DNA of 52,435 nt. Origin: a virus (taxonomy: Duplodnaviria > Caudoviricetes). The notes beneath the pieces were generated by a model that worked only from the letters and a program-made list of their open reading frames with translations, did not search any database and was not told the DNA's origin. The stretch is from the IMG/VR virus record IMGVR_UViG_3300049846_000543, positions 1 to 52,435 of that record; one strand, 5' to 3'. Positions 26,606 through 36,551 of this stretch are shown here, piece by piece (the first letter of the stretch is position 1; each line of letters begins with the position of its first letter). The position numbers were made by a program, and so were the translations under genes.

Positions 26606-26986
26606 CTAGAATACCACCGTGACAGATCCGTTGGTAGAACCTAAAATAAGTACTGCGGGTGTAATTGATGCTCCTGAGTAAACCCACCCATGAACAGGAA
26701 CGTCTGCATCAGGCCAGAAAGGCTCTAATAGATAATACGCAATTGTGCCGCTTGTTCCACCAGTAAGAGCCCCACGCACATGTAACATATCTCTAGCAAA
26801 TTCTCTATATTGATGCTTATGATATGGAGCACCTTGATGAGCCCAAGAATTAATCAAAGTTGGTGTAACCCATACTTTTGAAAGCTTCTCATTCTGAAGC
26901 TTGATAATATCTCGAGTATTACGATTAGACTTCTCAGGAATCCAATCGTAGAAATCTTTACTCTCGGGTTCTGTAAATTTAGCCAT
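26606..26986 (-). CDS. minor tail protein
   Basis: W.TPTLINSW...HVRG..GG...LxxxxxP module typical of tail fibre C-termini. Confidence 0.7.
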   Translation of the reverse strand: MAKFTEPESKDFYDWIPEKSNRNTRDIIKLQNEKLSKVWVTPTLINSWAHQGAPYHKHQYREFARDMLHVRGALTGGTSGTIAYYLLEPFWPDADVPVHGWVYSGASITPAVLILGSTNGSVTVVF

Positions 26987-28107
26987 TAGTAGATCTGATC
27001 CAGTGTAAACTTACAAGTCCAGTTACCTTCAGTGTTAGATAATTCTTGAGACGCGATAATGTAAGGTGCATCTACTTTGTGATAAGGCATAAACATATCT
27101 TCACTATCTACATACACAACGCGCCCACAATGATTGTAGAACCCCACAGTCTCATCAAATGGATCCATGCGATCAGGTAAAATTGTGATTGTGTTCTTCT
27201 TTTGTGGGTTACTGTGGTATCCACCAATATCATTAGTTGCTTGCTGAGCTGCAAAATTAGTACGGATCGTTTCATTGAAAGATACGATCTCTAACCATTT
27301 TCTAAATTGCGCTCTAGACGGAGCATAGCTATAATACTTAGGAGTCGCAGCAGTAGGCATTCCTACTGTAGCAGTTGCTAAAGGACCTTCATTAGCCCAA
27401 TCAATATCTAAAAGACCATTTACATAACTAGGTGCGAAGATCGCAATAGGAACCGCGCTTTCGACTGTAGAACGTTTCGGAGAAAAGCATCTAACTGTTT
27501 TGTCCCAATCACAAACAAAATCGAAACCGTAAGGTTCAGCTAGATTACCTATTGATCTAAATTGGTCAATAACATTGGTAGTGTCACCAACCATTACTGA
27601 GTAGCTAACAGAGTTTAACCAGCCAGAACCACTAAATGATGGTATAAGATGAATTGTCTGACTGGTACCATCATACATTCCTGCAAGAAGTTGTGTAAGA
27701 ACTGTTTGCTGACTTTGGTTAACCCAATACTTAATGATATCTGTTTCAGTCCAAGTACTAGGATTAATGGCATAACCAGCAAAGTGGTAAGGCTGTTCAA
27801 GCCATGCTAACCAATCCACTCCCTTAATTGTTACAAAATCTTCGCGAGTCTTTAATCCTATAGGAGCACAAATTCCTCCCTGAATAGGATCGAAGGTGAG
27901 TCCACCATCAGTAGAGATTTTGTAGATGAAGTCTGTTCGACGTGGAGCGAAAAGATCTCTTGCGAGCTTAGGATCTGACAATGCGATCTTGCATTCATTG
28001 TCTCCAATATCACTACGTCGATAAGTTATTGTAATGTCATTTGGCTCGAAAGTCTCGAGAATCATTCCATCATGATCTTTGATATCGAGCCAAACTGATA
28101 CTGCCAT
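26986..28107 (-). CDS. minor tail (hub/Tal-like) protein
   Basis: size and position after Dit; GVDWLAWL, GFDF. Confidence 0.7.
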   Translation of the reverse strand: MAVSVWLDIKDHDGMILETFEPNDITITYRRSDIGDNECKIALSDPKLARDLFAPRRTDFIYKISTDGGLTFDPIQGGICAPIGLKTREDFVTIKGVDWLAWLEQPYHFAGYAINPSTWTETDIIKYWVNQSQQTVLTQLLAGMYDGTSQTIHLIPSFSGSGWLNSVSYSVMVGDTTNVIDQFRSIGNLAEPYGFDFVCDWDKTVRCFSPKRSTVESAVPIAIFAPSYVNGLLDIDWANEGPLATATVGMPTAATPKYYSYAPSRAQFRKWLEIVSFNETIRTNFAAQQATNDIGGYHSNPQKKNTITILPDRMDPFDETVGFYNHCGRVVYVDSEDMFMPYHKVDAPYIIASQELSNTEGNWTCKFTLDQIY

Positions 28108-28108
28108 T

Positions 28109-28417
28109 TTACGTCTCTACAAGTTGGACGTCAATAGGACCTAGTTTGACTACTTCTGAACCTACAGTAAATCCCACAAACAGACGATAATGTCCTGCTG
28201 GTAATAGTCCACCAGGGCCGCCTGAAGAAGTATCTACAAGAGGATTAATTCTCATTGCTACAGCAGTCGTACTTGCGTTGTTATACACGTAAGAGTTGTC
28301 ATCCTTCTGAAACCAAAATTTTGGAGATGCTCCAGAAAGATCAGTAACAGCACTAGTACGATCTACGATATCAACAGGTACTATCTCCTTAGTACCAACA
28401 GTGAGTTTAACAGCCAT
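28109..28417 (-). CDS. small beta-sandwich adaptor (paralogue of 42712-43014)
   Basis: LTVGTKEIVPVDIVD...DLSGA...GHYRLFVGF...VKLGPIDV. Confidence 0.75.
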   Translation of the reverse strand: MAVKLTVGTKEIVPVDIVDRTSAVTDLSGASPKFWFQKDDNSYVYNNASTTAVAMRINPLVDTSSGGPGGLLPAGHYRLFVGFTVGSEVVKLGPIDVQLVET

Positions 28418-28420
28418 ACG

Positions 28421-28822
28421 TTATAACCTACCTCTCACTACATACTTAAATCTTTGAGTAACAGCTAATGACCATTTACCTGCTTCTGTATGGAACCACT
28501 TACGAGAACATTCCAATTCATCCCAAGCACTAGCTCCGAACCTTTCTAGGAAAACTACAACTGCATTAGAACTCGTAGCTTTTAATATTCGTATAGGTGA
28601 TCTAAGCAGACTTGTAGAATTCGTAGCAGTAGCTTTAAGTGTCCTTATTGGTGAAGACACTTTCTTAGGAATTGTAGTTGAAATGGCTGTTAGAATTCTT
28701 ATAGGCATTGCAACTTTAGAAGGTACTGCTGTAGCTACTGCTGTAAGTACCTTATTAGGCATACTAACGTAAGAAGCTGTACCTGTGCCGGTACAGCTTA
28801 ATGTAGCGTTTTGAGTAGCCAT
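28421..28822 (-). CDS. short 18-aa repeat virion protein (5 units; paralogue of 43017-45803)
   Basis: TLKATATNSTSLLRSPIR-type repeats. Confidence 0.75.
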   Translation of the reverse strand: MATQNATLSCTGTGTASYVSMPNKVLTAVATAVPSKVAMPIRILTAISTTIPKKVSSPIRTLKATATNSTSLLRSPIRILKATSSNAVVVFLERFGASAWDELECSRKWFHTEAGKWSLAVTQRFKYVVRGRL

Positions 28823-29295
28823 TAGATTACGACATAAGAGTTATCTGACACTTTACGCCAATAGCCTTCTCTACATTCAAAGGTTAAATCAAATTGTTGG
28901 ACTGTAGGAGAACCACTAGCTGTAAGTGCTCCTAGATTTTGTTCAAGAACACACAAAGCGTAATACTGAGTCGCGTCACCATCTACGGTAAGAACGAATT
29001 TAACATGATCGAACTCAGTGTTACTTTGTGGTGGTACTACCTTCTGAAGCAAAGCCTTTCTTTTAGTCCAGAAGGATGAAGTAGTATCTGCTAGAATTTC
29101 ACCCTTTAGATTTATTGGCATATACTCAACATCTTGATATGTCTTCCATCTACCAGGACCTTGACTTTTTCTAGCAGTCATACCATTAGTAACATATTCC
29201 CAATCAAAGTGTTGGATTGGATAATTAAGATCATCAAGTTCTAGTGAGCTCGAGAAATTATCGTGAACTCCGTAGATATAAAGGCTAGTAATCAT
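28822..29295 (-). CDS. distal tail (Dit-like) protein
   Basis: immediately after TMP; FDLTFECREGYW C-terminal motif. Confidence 0.7.
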   Translation of the reverse strand: MITSLYIYGVHDNFSSSLELDDLNYPIQHFDWEYVTNGMTARKSQGPGRWKTYQDVEYMPINLKGEILADTTSSFWTKRKALLQKVVPPQSNTEFDHVKFVLTVDGDATQYYALCVLEQNLGALTASGSPTVQQFDLTFECREGYWRKVSDNSYVVI

Positions 29296-32200
29296 CGCCT
29301 ATTCCTACGGTTGAAGGAGTGTTCATTCATAGCCTTTTTGATAGCTCTAGCTGTATCTGCACTATCAGCATGGATTGTTATGTTATCTCCATGATTATGA
29401 ACTACCGCACCTGCACCAGCACCTACGCCTACACCTGCACCAACGCCAATAGTTGAACGTGTGGGGGGCTTTGGCGGTCTAGGCGGTGGTTTAACTGGAT
29501 TGGTAGTATTCGAGTTATTCTGTTGAGTTCTCTGCCAATTTGCTACAGCGTCTTGAACCTCTTTTTGCAACGAGGCTGCTAGCTCTTTACCAAACGTAGC
29601 AACGATGTAATTTTTGTATCCTTTACGAAGCACTGCTTGTGCTTTATCAGAAGCCAAACCTTGAACGATCTGCCATGCTATATCATTACCGTAGCTTTTC
29701 CAGAGAGCAAGAGTATCATCCATATCTTTCTTTGTAGATTGTTGAATCTTCTTTTGACTTTTTTCCCACAAATCTACATACTCTTTGAATGCTCCTGGAC
29801 CAGCTTTACGTAGACCTTCAAGTAGTGGTAATGCTTCTACACCCTTATTACGAAGCTCATCTATTAACTCTCTTGGAGCTCCACGACGACGAAGGATATT
29901 AAGATCACGACGGAACTGAGTAAAGTTCCTAAGCTGAACTTTCATATCTTGTAGTTGCAGAGTTATAGGAATGGCAATAGGCTTGATACCGAATCCTTGT
30001 AACATCGAGTTGATGTTATTGTATAGCTGAGCAATAGGACCTTGTGAGATAGGTCCAGTAAATATACCGAATGCTGCTTTATTTACTTGCTCTAGTTCTT
30101 TGAACTTATTAGCTAAGTTGTCTGCTGCCCGAGCAATCAGATCCATCTGATTTCTCTTAGCTTCTAATTGGGCGCGAATTCTCTCATCAGCTAATTTACC
30201 TTGTGAAGAAGCAGCTGAATTAGCAGAAGAAGCAAGGCTATCATTCTTTTGGGTAATATCATTGTAAAGCTGAATCAGTGCTTTAGCTTTACCAGGACTA
30301 TCTGCTTGCTTTTCTAAACGGTAAATTAGCTGCCAGTCATCTATAATGGATTGTCTAGTTAATTTGTTGACCAGCGCAGTATTACCAGTAGCTTCTGCTT
30401 TAGCTAAAGTGACTTGTATGTTAGAAACCATCTGAGCTGCTTGCTGTGATAGAGTATTGAATACGTCTATACCTGAAAGTTCAGATGCGAGTTCTTTCCA
30501 TTTATTAGCAATAGAATTCTTAGCCTTTTCATTGTCCTGCATTATATTATGAACATTATCTCTGTTACGTTCTACTGCTTCTATACCTACTGGAATAGCA
30601 TACTTAATAGCTCTTTGTCGTGCAATGATTTCTTGGATTTTCTTTTCGAAACTATCATCTTTGAAATCTGAGCTAACTTTCATCGCAACAGGAACTATTA
30701 TTCCTCCTGCTAAAGCTCCCCACGGACCTCCTATAGTACCTCCTGCTATAGCACCACTTAATGCGCCAGCTAGGAAATCTTTTGCTTTCGGATCTCCTTG
30801 AATAGCAGTCTTAATGATTATTGAGATAGCACCTATTACACTTAAACGTTTAGCTACTATTGCTAACCTTCCAAGTAATCCAACTGTTCCTTCTAGTGGA
30901 CCAGCTAGCCTAGAGATCCAACTAATCAAAGTGCCTATAGCACCTACTAGCATTGCAATGATTCCGACGGCTACTGTTATTGCAGATCCCCACACCATGA
31001 AGATGCCAATTAATCTACGTGTGCGTGGACTGAGATCTTCGAAACGATGTGCTAGTTTATTGATCCATTCAATGAATCGAACCATTTGAGGCAAAGCATA
31101 TTCACCAAGAATGATAGCGAATGCTTTAAATTGGTTAACAGCAATCTGCCACCGAACACCCGGCGATTGCATACCTGCTTGGAACGATGAATTGAATTCG
31201 TTTGTATCTAGGTTAACTTCTTTGATGATATTTAAATATTGTTGGTAACCTGTAATTAGGTTAGTCAGAGCTCTACGAGCCTGAATAGTTCCCTGAACTC
31301 CTGTCGTATCTTTACCTGTTAATACAAACTCACCACGTTTAGTGATTGTTTGTATTAAGTTTTGAAGTTCAATTCCACCACTTTTAAGTTCTTTAGCTCT
31401 AGTTACTATCTTAGTAATAATAGTAGAAAGATCATCGAGCTTTTCTACTTCTTTTCCACTAATAAGTTCTTTGTGGGTAATACCAACTTTGAATAAATCT
31501 TTGAATCCAGCAACGAATCTTTTATCACCCATTACTTGTAATAATCTCTGAAGTCCTGCCGCAGCTTGCGGTTGTGGTAATCGAGTAGTAAGGAAAGCGA
31601 GTGCTCCACCAACTTCAGTAAGATTCTGTCCAGCAGCTTTACCAGCAGCAGCTACAGGCCCGAATAATTGAGAGAATGTAGCAAAGTCACCTCTACCGAA
31701 GCGGACTGTAGCAAACAGAGTATTTATTACCTTATCTACATTTTTCAAACGTGGATCGAAGTTGTTCAAAGTGACAATCATTGCGTCAGTAGCAGTCTTT
31801 AGATCTGTGAATCCTGCTACTGCAACTTTATTAGCAGTCTTTAATAATGCACTTGTTTTCGCATAGCGAGCTTGAGAGTTGCCCGCCATATCAATACCTG
31901 ATGCAATCTCGAAAGCTGCTTGAGCATTTTCAGCAGCAGTCGAAGGAAATTGTCTAGTTAAGTCTAAAATAGACTTTCCAAGGATTCTACTAATTTGAAT
32001 CGTCTTGCTCATAGGCTCATTAACGCCTCTAAGCTGAGTGGAAGTCTTAATTACTTCACGATTGAAATTAGCGAATGTGCTAGACAATCCTGCTGATAGA
32101 CCTAATCCAAGTCCACCAAACATTAATGCTACTGAGCCACCATGAATAAGTGATCTATTACGAATCATCCTTTGTTGCATGGCAGCTTCTTTTTCATACT

Positions 32201-32747
32201 CTGCTGTTGTTTTAGCTGCCAGAGTATTTAAGAAACCTTGCTCAGTAGCGGCGGTTGCCAGTCCAGCATTTAATCTGGCAACCGCCTCACCTTCATTCAT
32301 ACGAAGTCTAGTCATTTGTTGCTGGGTAGACAGACCTCTTAATGCTATTTGAGCATTCTTCTGATTCAGACCTATTATTTGTCCATTTAATAATCTAGCA
32401 TAAGCGTTCCCATTACGGAAACTGATGTTTTGAATCTGATTTAGATCTAGACCTATTCTCTTTAATTTAGTAGCGTGAGATAACTCTGTCGCTTTCAAGC
32501 TATTCATTCTAGATTGATAAGACAGAGCCTTCTGACCAGTAGTTAATGTGTGATCTTGTAGCTGAGCTGCTAATTTAGCTTGCTTGTTGAAATTCGCTTG
32601 CTGAGCATTAGCAATTCTTCCTACTTCTCTCTGTAGCTGAGCAGCACGATTTACTCCCCCGAGATCGGAAGATAATCTTCGCAACCTTGTAGTCGCGCGA
32701 TCCTGCACGCGCAACATAAGATTCAGCTCATAACCTCGGAATGCCAT
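29292..32747 (-). CDS. tail tape measure protein
   Basis: 1151 aa, helical and Ala-rich, TP901-like core, hydrophobic segments, after the chaperones. Confidence 0.93.
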   Translation of the reverse strand: MAFRGYELNLMLRVQDRATTRLRRLSSDLGGVNRAAQLQREVGRIANAQQANFNKQAKLAAQLQDHTLTTGQKALSYQSRMNSLKATELSHATKLKRIGLDLNQIQNISFRNGNAYARLLNGQIIGLNQKNAQIALRGLSTQQQMTRLRMNEGEAVARLNAGLATAATEQGFLNTLAAKTTAEYEKEAAMQQRMIRNRSLIHGGSVALMFGGLGLGLSAGLSSTFANFNREVIKTSTQLRGVNEPMSKTIQISRILGKSILDLTRQFPSTAAENAQAAFEIASGIDMAGNSQARYAKTSALLKTANKVAVAGFTDLKTATDAMIVTLNNFDPRLKNVDKVINTLFATVRFGRGDFATFSQLFGPVAAAGKAAGQNLTEVGGALAFLTTRLPQPQAAAGLQRLLQVMGDKRFVAGFKDLFKVGITHKELISGKEVEKLDDLSTIITKIVTRAKELKSGGIELQNLIQTITKRGEFVLTGKDTTGVQGTIQARRALTNLITGYQQYLNIIKEVNLDTNEFNSSFQAGMQSPGVRWQIAVNQFKAFAIILGEYALPQMVRFIEWINKLAHRFEDLSPRTRRLIGIFMVWGSAITVAVGIIAMLVGAIGTLISWISRLAGPLEGTVGLLGRLAIVAKRLSVIGAISIIIKTAIQGDPKAKDFLAGALSGAIAGGTIGGPWGALAGGIIVPVAMKVSSDFKDDSFEKKIQEIIARQRAIKYAIPVGIEAVERNRDNVHNIMQDNEKAKNSIANKWKELASELSGIDVFNTLSQQAAQMVSNIQVTLAKAEATGNTALVNKLTRQSIIDDWQLIYRLEKQADSPGKAKALIQLYNDITQKNDSLASSANSAASSQGKLADERIRAQLEAKRNQMDLIARAADNLANKFKELEQVNKAAFGIFTGPISQGPIAQLYNNINSMLQGFGIKPIAIPITLQLQDMKVQLRNFTQFRRDLNILRRRGAPRELIDELRNKGVEALPLLEGLRKAGPGAFKEYVDLWEKSQKKIQQSTKKDMDDTLALWKSYGNDIAWQIVQGLASDKAQAVLRKGYKNYIVATFGKELAASLQKEVQDAVANWQRTQQNNSNTTNPVKPPPRPPKPPTRSTIGVGAGVGVGAGAGAVVHNHGDNITIHADSADTARAIKKAMNEHSFNRRNRR

Positions 32748-33004
32748 TAAGTCCCTTTTTCAGTCTCGATTAGATAATCTTGATAACGAGAGTCTGCATC
32801 AACTACAGCTTCTAGACGTAAGACTGTTCCTTTTGGTTGATTCATTAAACCGCCAGGCCAGGGTAGAGTGTTGAATTCTTTACATAGCCTTGTTATTCTT
32901 AACCACTCTAAGCATTCTTCTATTAACTCGTCACTGTATCCGTATTGTCGAACATCGACTGTTCCGGATTTGGAGGTTCTGAGGAGTTGGAAACAGCATT
33001 CGGA
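32747..33004 (-). CDS. tail assembly chaperone -1 frameshift extension (gpT-like)
   Basis: -1 frame open from GGATTTT (33004-33010) to the TAA overlapping the TMP ATG; LCKEFNTLPWPGGLMNQP. Confidence 0.7.
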   Translation of the reverse strand, partial: SECCFQLLRTSKSGTVDVRQYGYSDELIEECLEWLRITRLCKEFNTLPWPGGLMNQPKGTVLRLEAVVDADSRYQDYLIETEKGT

Positions 33005-33399
33005 AAATCCCCCTGAAACTCATCACCCTCACTATTTAGTTCATCTATCAGACGCTCTATTTCCATCCCCACGTCGGGTCTGAGAGAACGGAGTGTAATT
33101 GGGTTGTTGAAATCAAGAGGATTTTCCGATGCGTCAGTAAGGTTATGATCCGCGATACAGTTCTTGAACATGAAATCCCTCTCCCATGTTTGGAGAGATT
33201 CAAGAACCATCTTCGCTGTCTGTGGTTGTGATTGGCCCCTTTTTCCTTGATTAATCTGTTGTTCCATTGATGCTTTAGTAGCTTTATCACGACGCTCTAG
33301 CATTTGGTAATAAGGAAGCTGTCGTAACTTCACCCAAGCACCAGGTAGATTCTTCAGATCATAGTGATGAAGCTCTTGTGATACTGTAGCATTAGGCAT
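32923..33399 (-). CDS. tail assembly chaperone (gpG-like)
   Basis: between tail tube and TMP; AGGAG RBS. Confidence 0.8.
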   Translation of the reverse strand: MPNATVSQELHHYDLKNLPGAWVKLRQLPYYQMLERRDKATKASMEQQINQGKRGQSQPQTAKMVLESLQTWERDFMFKNCIADHNLTDASENPLDFNNPITLRSLRPDVGMEIERLIDELNSEGDEFQGDFPNAVSNSSEPPNPEQSMFDNTDTVTS

Positions 33400-33424
33400 A
33401 ATTTACTCCTGTTTTAGTAAGTGT

Positions 33425-33670
33425 TTAAAACGAACCTTCGCGGATTCCGGTTAGTAGATTATCTACTACTTCACTTTCTTGACCAGGCCAGTGCTTTAGA
33501 GTTGCAATATTAACCGTTGCTCCACTCCGCTTTAAACGTCGTACATATTCTCGAGTAATACAATCAGGACAATTAGGACGATCACATCCTAATACAGCTT
33601 GACCATGACCGTACTCTCTTTGACAACCATGACCACCTACTGCTTCTACTGTTACTAAAAAAGTACCCAT
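33425..33670 (-). CDS. small Cys/His metal-binding hypothetical protein
   Basis: GGHGC..GC..NCPDC..HWPG. Confidence 0.65.
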   Translation of the reverse strand: MGTFLVTVEAVGGHGCQREYGHGQAVLGCDRPNCPDCITREYVRRLKRSGATVNIATLKHWPGQESEVVDNLLTGIREGSF

Positions 33671-33697
33671 TTTCTATTTTCTCTTCTCTTTTTTGAA

Positions 33698-34684
33698 TTA
33701 CGAAATACTAATTGCTGACTTAACTTCGATTTGGTATCCGTCTCCACCAACTTGAGCAAGACCGTGACCTACGAAATTAGCCATTACGATCTGATCTAGT
33801 GATTCGTTGTTGACTTCATAAGTATCGAAGGCCATTCGGTTAGCTTGTAGTTTAACACCGTCTGTTGCGCTAGCGAATGAAACACCTCCTACTGTAGATT
33901 CAAGCTTGATTGCTTGAGTTGCACTAGCTACCATGTTGTCATAATCAACGCGATCTACGAAGTCAAGCTCACTACGTACTTCAAATTCTGTCTTTCCGAA
34001 TTTAACGTAGTTTGCAGAACGCTGAGACTTGATTCGATTTTGTGCTTCTGGATTGTGATTCACATTGAATGTGAATCCATTGAAACTAGTAATTGCAGAG
34101 AATGTAGGTGTAACACCACTTGCGCCATTGTAGACATTGTGAGTATCTGCACCAAGAATGTCTGCTGCAATCCAGGATGGAGTTGGTAGAGACTGTACTG
34201 CTTCCGCAAGACCTAGAATGCTGAGAGTACACTTAAGTACAGCATTGTCGATTGTGAAAGCGTACTGACCAACTGTGCATCCTGTATAACCGAATACAAT
34301 ACCATTTCTCACGATTGTGATCGAGAGAGTTCTTTGGACTGCTCCCGATGCTGCTGTAGAAGTTGAACCTGCTGTAGAAGGAACGAACTTGTAAGTATAT
34401 GGACCAGCACCAGTCTTTGTGATTGTATGTCTAGAAGCATACAGGAAATACAGGAAGTTGTTGGTATCAACTTCTAACTCGATGTCGCCTTCTGTATGAT
34501 AGTAACCAGGCTTCACTTCTGCATCAATCACCTGCTGACGCATCTGTTGTGAATAGTACTTTGACTCTGTATACTTAAGACCTTCACGTAGAATGGGTAC
34601 AAATACAGTAGGAGCTACATATGTACCCATTGTGGATTCTGGCGCAATACCAAGATATCCGGTAGCTCCAATCCCAGGCGGCAT
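33698..34684 (-). CDS. major tail tube protein
   Basis: YLGIAPESTMGTYVAPT, GDIELE, YTGC; position. Confidence 0.9.
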   Translation of the reverse strand: MPPGIGATGYLGIAPESTMGTYVAPTVFVPILREGLKYTESKYYSQQMRQQVIDAEVKPGYYHTEGDIELEVDTNNFLYFLYASRHTITKTGAGPYTYKFVPSTAGSTSTAASGAVQRTLSITIVRNGIVFGYTGCTVGQYAFTIDNAVLKCTLSILGLAEAVQSLPTPSWIAADILGADTHNVYNGASGVTPTFSAITSFNGFTFNVNHNPEAQNRIKSQRSANYVKFGKTEFEVRSELDFVDRVDYDNMVASATQAIKLESTVGGVSFASATDGVKLQANRMAFDTYEVNNESLDQIVMANFVGHGLAQVGGDGYQIEVKSAISIS

Positions 34685-34953
34685 TAATTATCACCTTCTT
34701 CCTCATCATCGAGTTCTGATTCATCCATGACTAGTTGTGCTTGTTCTTGTGGGGGTGGAACATAAGTAACACCGTCCACAACCATATTAGGATTTCTAGA
34801 AAGATACTCTTTTAGAGGTACACCATGAACACCCTCTAGATATTCCTGTTCTTCTTGTGTAATCACGACTACCTGCTTATTAGGTAGAAGTAAACCACCC
34901 ACATCAAATTCTAATCCCTCTGGATATTCCTCATTATGAAACTTGACCTGCAT
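34684..34953 (-). CDS. acidic hypothetical virion-morphogenesis protein
   Basis: AGGAG RBS and TAATG coupling (start shortened). Confidence 0.6.
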   Translation of the reverse strand: MQVKFHNEEYPEGLEFDVGGLLLPNKQVVVITQEEQEYLEGVHGVPLKEYLSRNPNMVVDGVTYVPPPQEQAQLVMDESELDDEEEGDN

Positions 34954-35471
34954 TAAAATCTCCTTTGTGTTAGTGCTCTCCAACTTATTACTGTTGAAAT
35001 AATTGCGTTGGATTTACTTGATCTAGGCTGAAGTACTCCATACTTCTCATCACTTACATAGGCAAATACTACTCTTTTGCTTCCAGGAATATTAGGAAAC
35101 TCCTTCCACTCATAATCTTTTTCGAGTTCTTGTTCAACCGCTGTAACAAGCAACATATCCGCTTCAGATCTTTCTCTCTTAGTAAGAGTAAGATCCCCAT
35201 GATATACATAAAGCTTGAGCTCAATAACAACGTTGAAGGTTTGAGTTGCATGAATTTCCTTAGTACGTTCTCCTGGAATTATAACTACAGCTGGATACTT
35301 GGGAATTCTAGTTTCATTATATTTGCCTACGAATCTAATACCTAGTGGACCGCTTTGCTCCTCCAAACGACCCACAACCATATCAATCGCTTCTGATGTA
35401 TTAGATATCAATTCGCTTACCAAACTTGCCACCAATGCCTCTAGTCTGTAGAACTCCTTGACTAGAAACAA
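34953..35471 (-). CDS. tail terminator-like protein
   Basis: IPKYPAVVI; position before the tail tube; start uncertain. Confidence 0.7.
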   Translation of the reverse strand: MFLVKEFYRLEALVASLVSELISNTSEAIDMVVGRLEEQSGPLGIRFVGKYNETRIPKYPAVVIIPGERTKEIHATQTFNVVIELKLYVYHGDLTLTKRERSEADMLLVTAVEQELEKDYEWKEFPNIPGSKRVVFAYVSDEKYGVLQPRSSKSNAIISTVISWRALTQRRF

Positions 35472-36072
35472 AGAAATTATGAGAGGCTTCTTCTAGACCT
35501 GTACTAAACCATATATCGAATACCTCGAAAATTTTAGCTTCTGCTTCATCACTGAGTCCGATAAATGGTCTAGGTGGAATATTCGAACCGCCCTCGCCAG
35601 AGTCTAAATGACCTGTTTCATCAATATTGCCACCATGAAACATTGTCCCATAATCATCAGATCCATATTGGTGAACTTCCCAATAATCTGGAAGACTAGC
35701 GGTAGAATAAAAAATTGATTCTCCAGTGATAGACCAGGCTTCTTCACTAAGAGCCTTTTCTTTAAGATCACCAGTCTTAGTGAGAATAGGGTATATAAAA
35801 CCTACTTCATGTTCTTTCTTAACCGCATAATCAGGATCTAAATCTCTCCATTGCGTACCATCAGGAGCGATCTGACTTTCAAAACGTTCACGCATATCAT
35901 CACGTGCAATTTTCTTAGCTGCACGTAAAGGAGGATCTAAAGCTGCAAAATAACCAGCTAATTCTAATAGAGCTGCTTCTCCCCTTTTGAAATCTATTGC
36001 ATCAATCTCTACCCGAGAGATTTCAATGTTTTCATACCAAGGCCAGGGAGTTGTAGCAACAGTCATGACCAA
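35401..36072 (-). CDS. Mu gpG/P2 gpS-like virion morphogenesis protein
   Basis: RFESQIAPDGTQW, ILTKTGDL, YWEVHQYG, IPPRPFIGLS. Confidence 0.85.
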   Translation of the reverse strand: MVMTVATTPWPWYENIEISRVEIDAIDFKRGEAALLELAGYFAALDPPLRAAKKIARDDMRERFESQIAPDGTQWRDLDPDYAVKKEHEVGFIYPILTKTGDLKEKALSEEAWSITGESIFYSTASLPDYWEVHQYGSDDYGTMFHGGNIDETGHLDSGEGGSNIPPRPFIGLSDEAEAKIFEVFDIWFSTGLEEASHNFFVSSQGVLQTRGIGGKFGKRIDI

Positions 36073-36509
36073 ATTTCACCTATAGCGAAAGAAGGATTAG
36101 GAGCTGTATTATTAGGATAAAAACTGGCTTCTGTTAAATTCTGAACAGTCACTTCATTACCACTAGGATCTATTACTGTCAGATTGTTACCTAGCTTAAT
36201 ATCATTAAGCATCTGAATTGCATCATTGTACAAATCTTGTGCATACTTAGAACCATCTGAATCGTCTTCTGCAACTAGTATTGCATAGAATTTAGCTGCT
36301 ACTAATTTGCCTGTAATCTCCCTAATGATTTCAGGGGTAAGAGCTGGATTAGTCCAAGAGTTTAATGTAGCAGAATCAAAACAACTGAATAATCTAGCTC
36401 TTACTAATCTTTGAGCATCTATCAAAAGAGGAGTAGCCTGAGCATCCTCAATTTGAGCTTTATCTTCAGGGAGATGAAGATTAATATCAGTGATATCAGC
36501 GTAAGCCAT
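36063..36509 (-). CDS. head-tail adaptor (Mu gp36-like)
   Basis: MAYADITD...PEII...YNDAIQMLNDIKLG. Confidence 0.8.
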   Translation of the reverse strand: MAYADITDINLHLPEDKAQIEDAQATPLLIDAQRLVRARLFSCFDSATLNSWTNPALTPEIIREITGKLVAAKFYAILVAEDDSDGSKYAQDLYNDAIQMLNDIKLGNNLTVIDPSGNEVTVQNLTEASFYPNNTAPNPSFAIGEIWS

Positions 36510-36515
36510 AAGAGT

Positions 36516-36551
36516 ATAAAGTAGGGGGAGTTTTACGTCCCCCTACTTTAT
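36516..36551 (-). terminator. terminator after capsid genes
   Basis: 14-bp IR ATAAAGTAGGGGGA/TCCCCCTACTTTAT. Confidence 0.8.
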
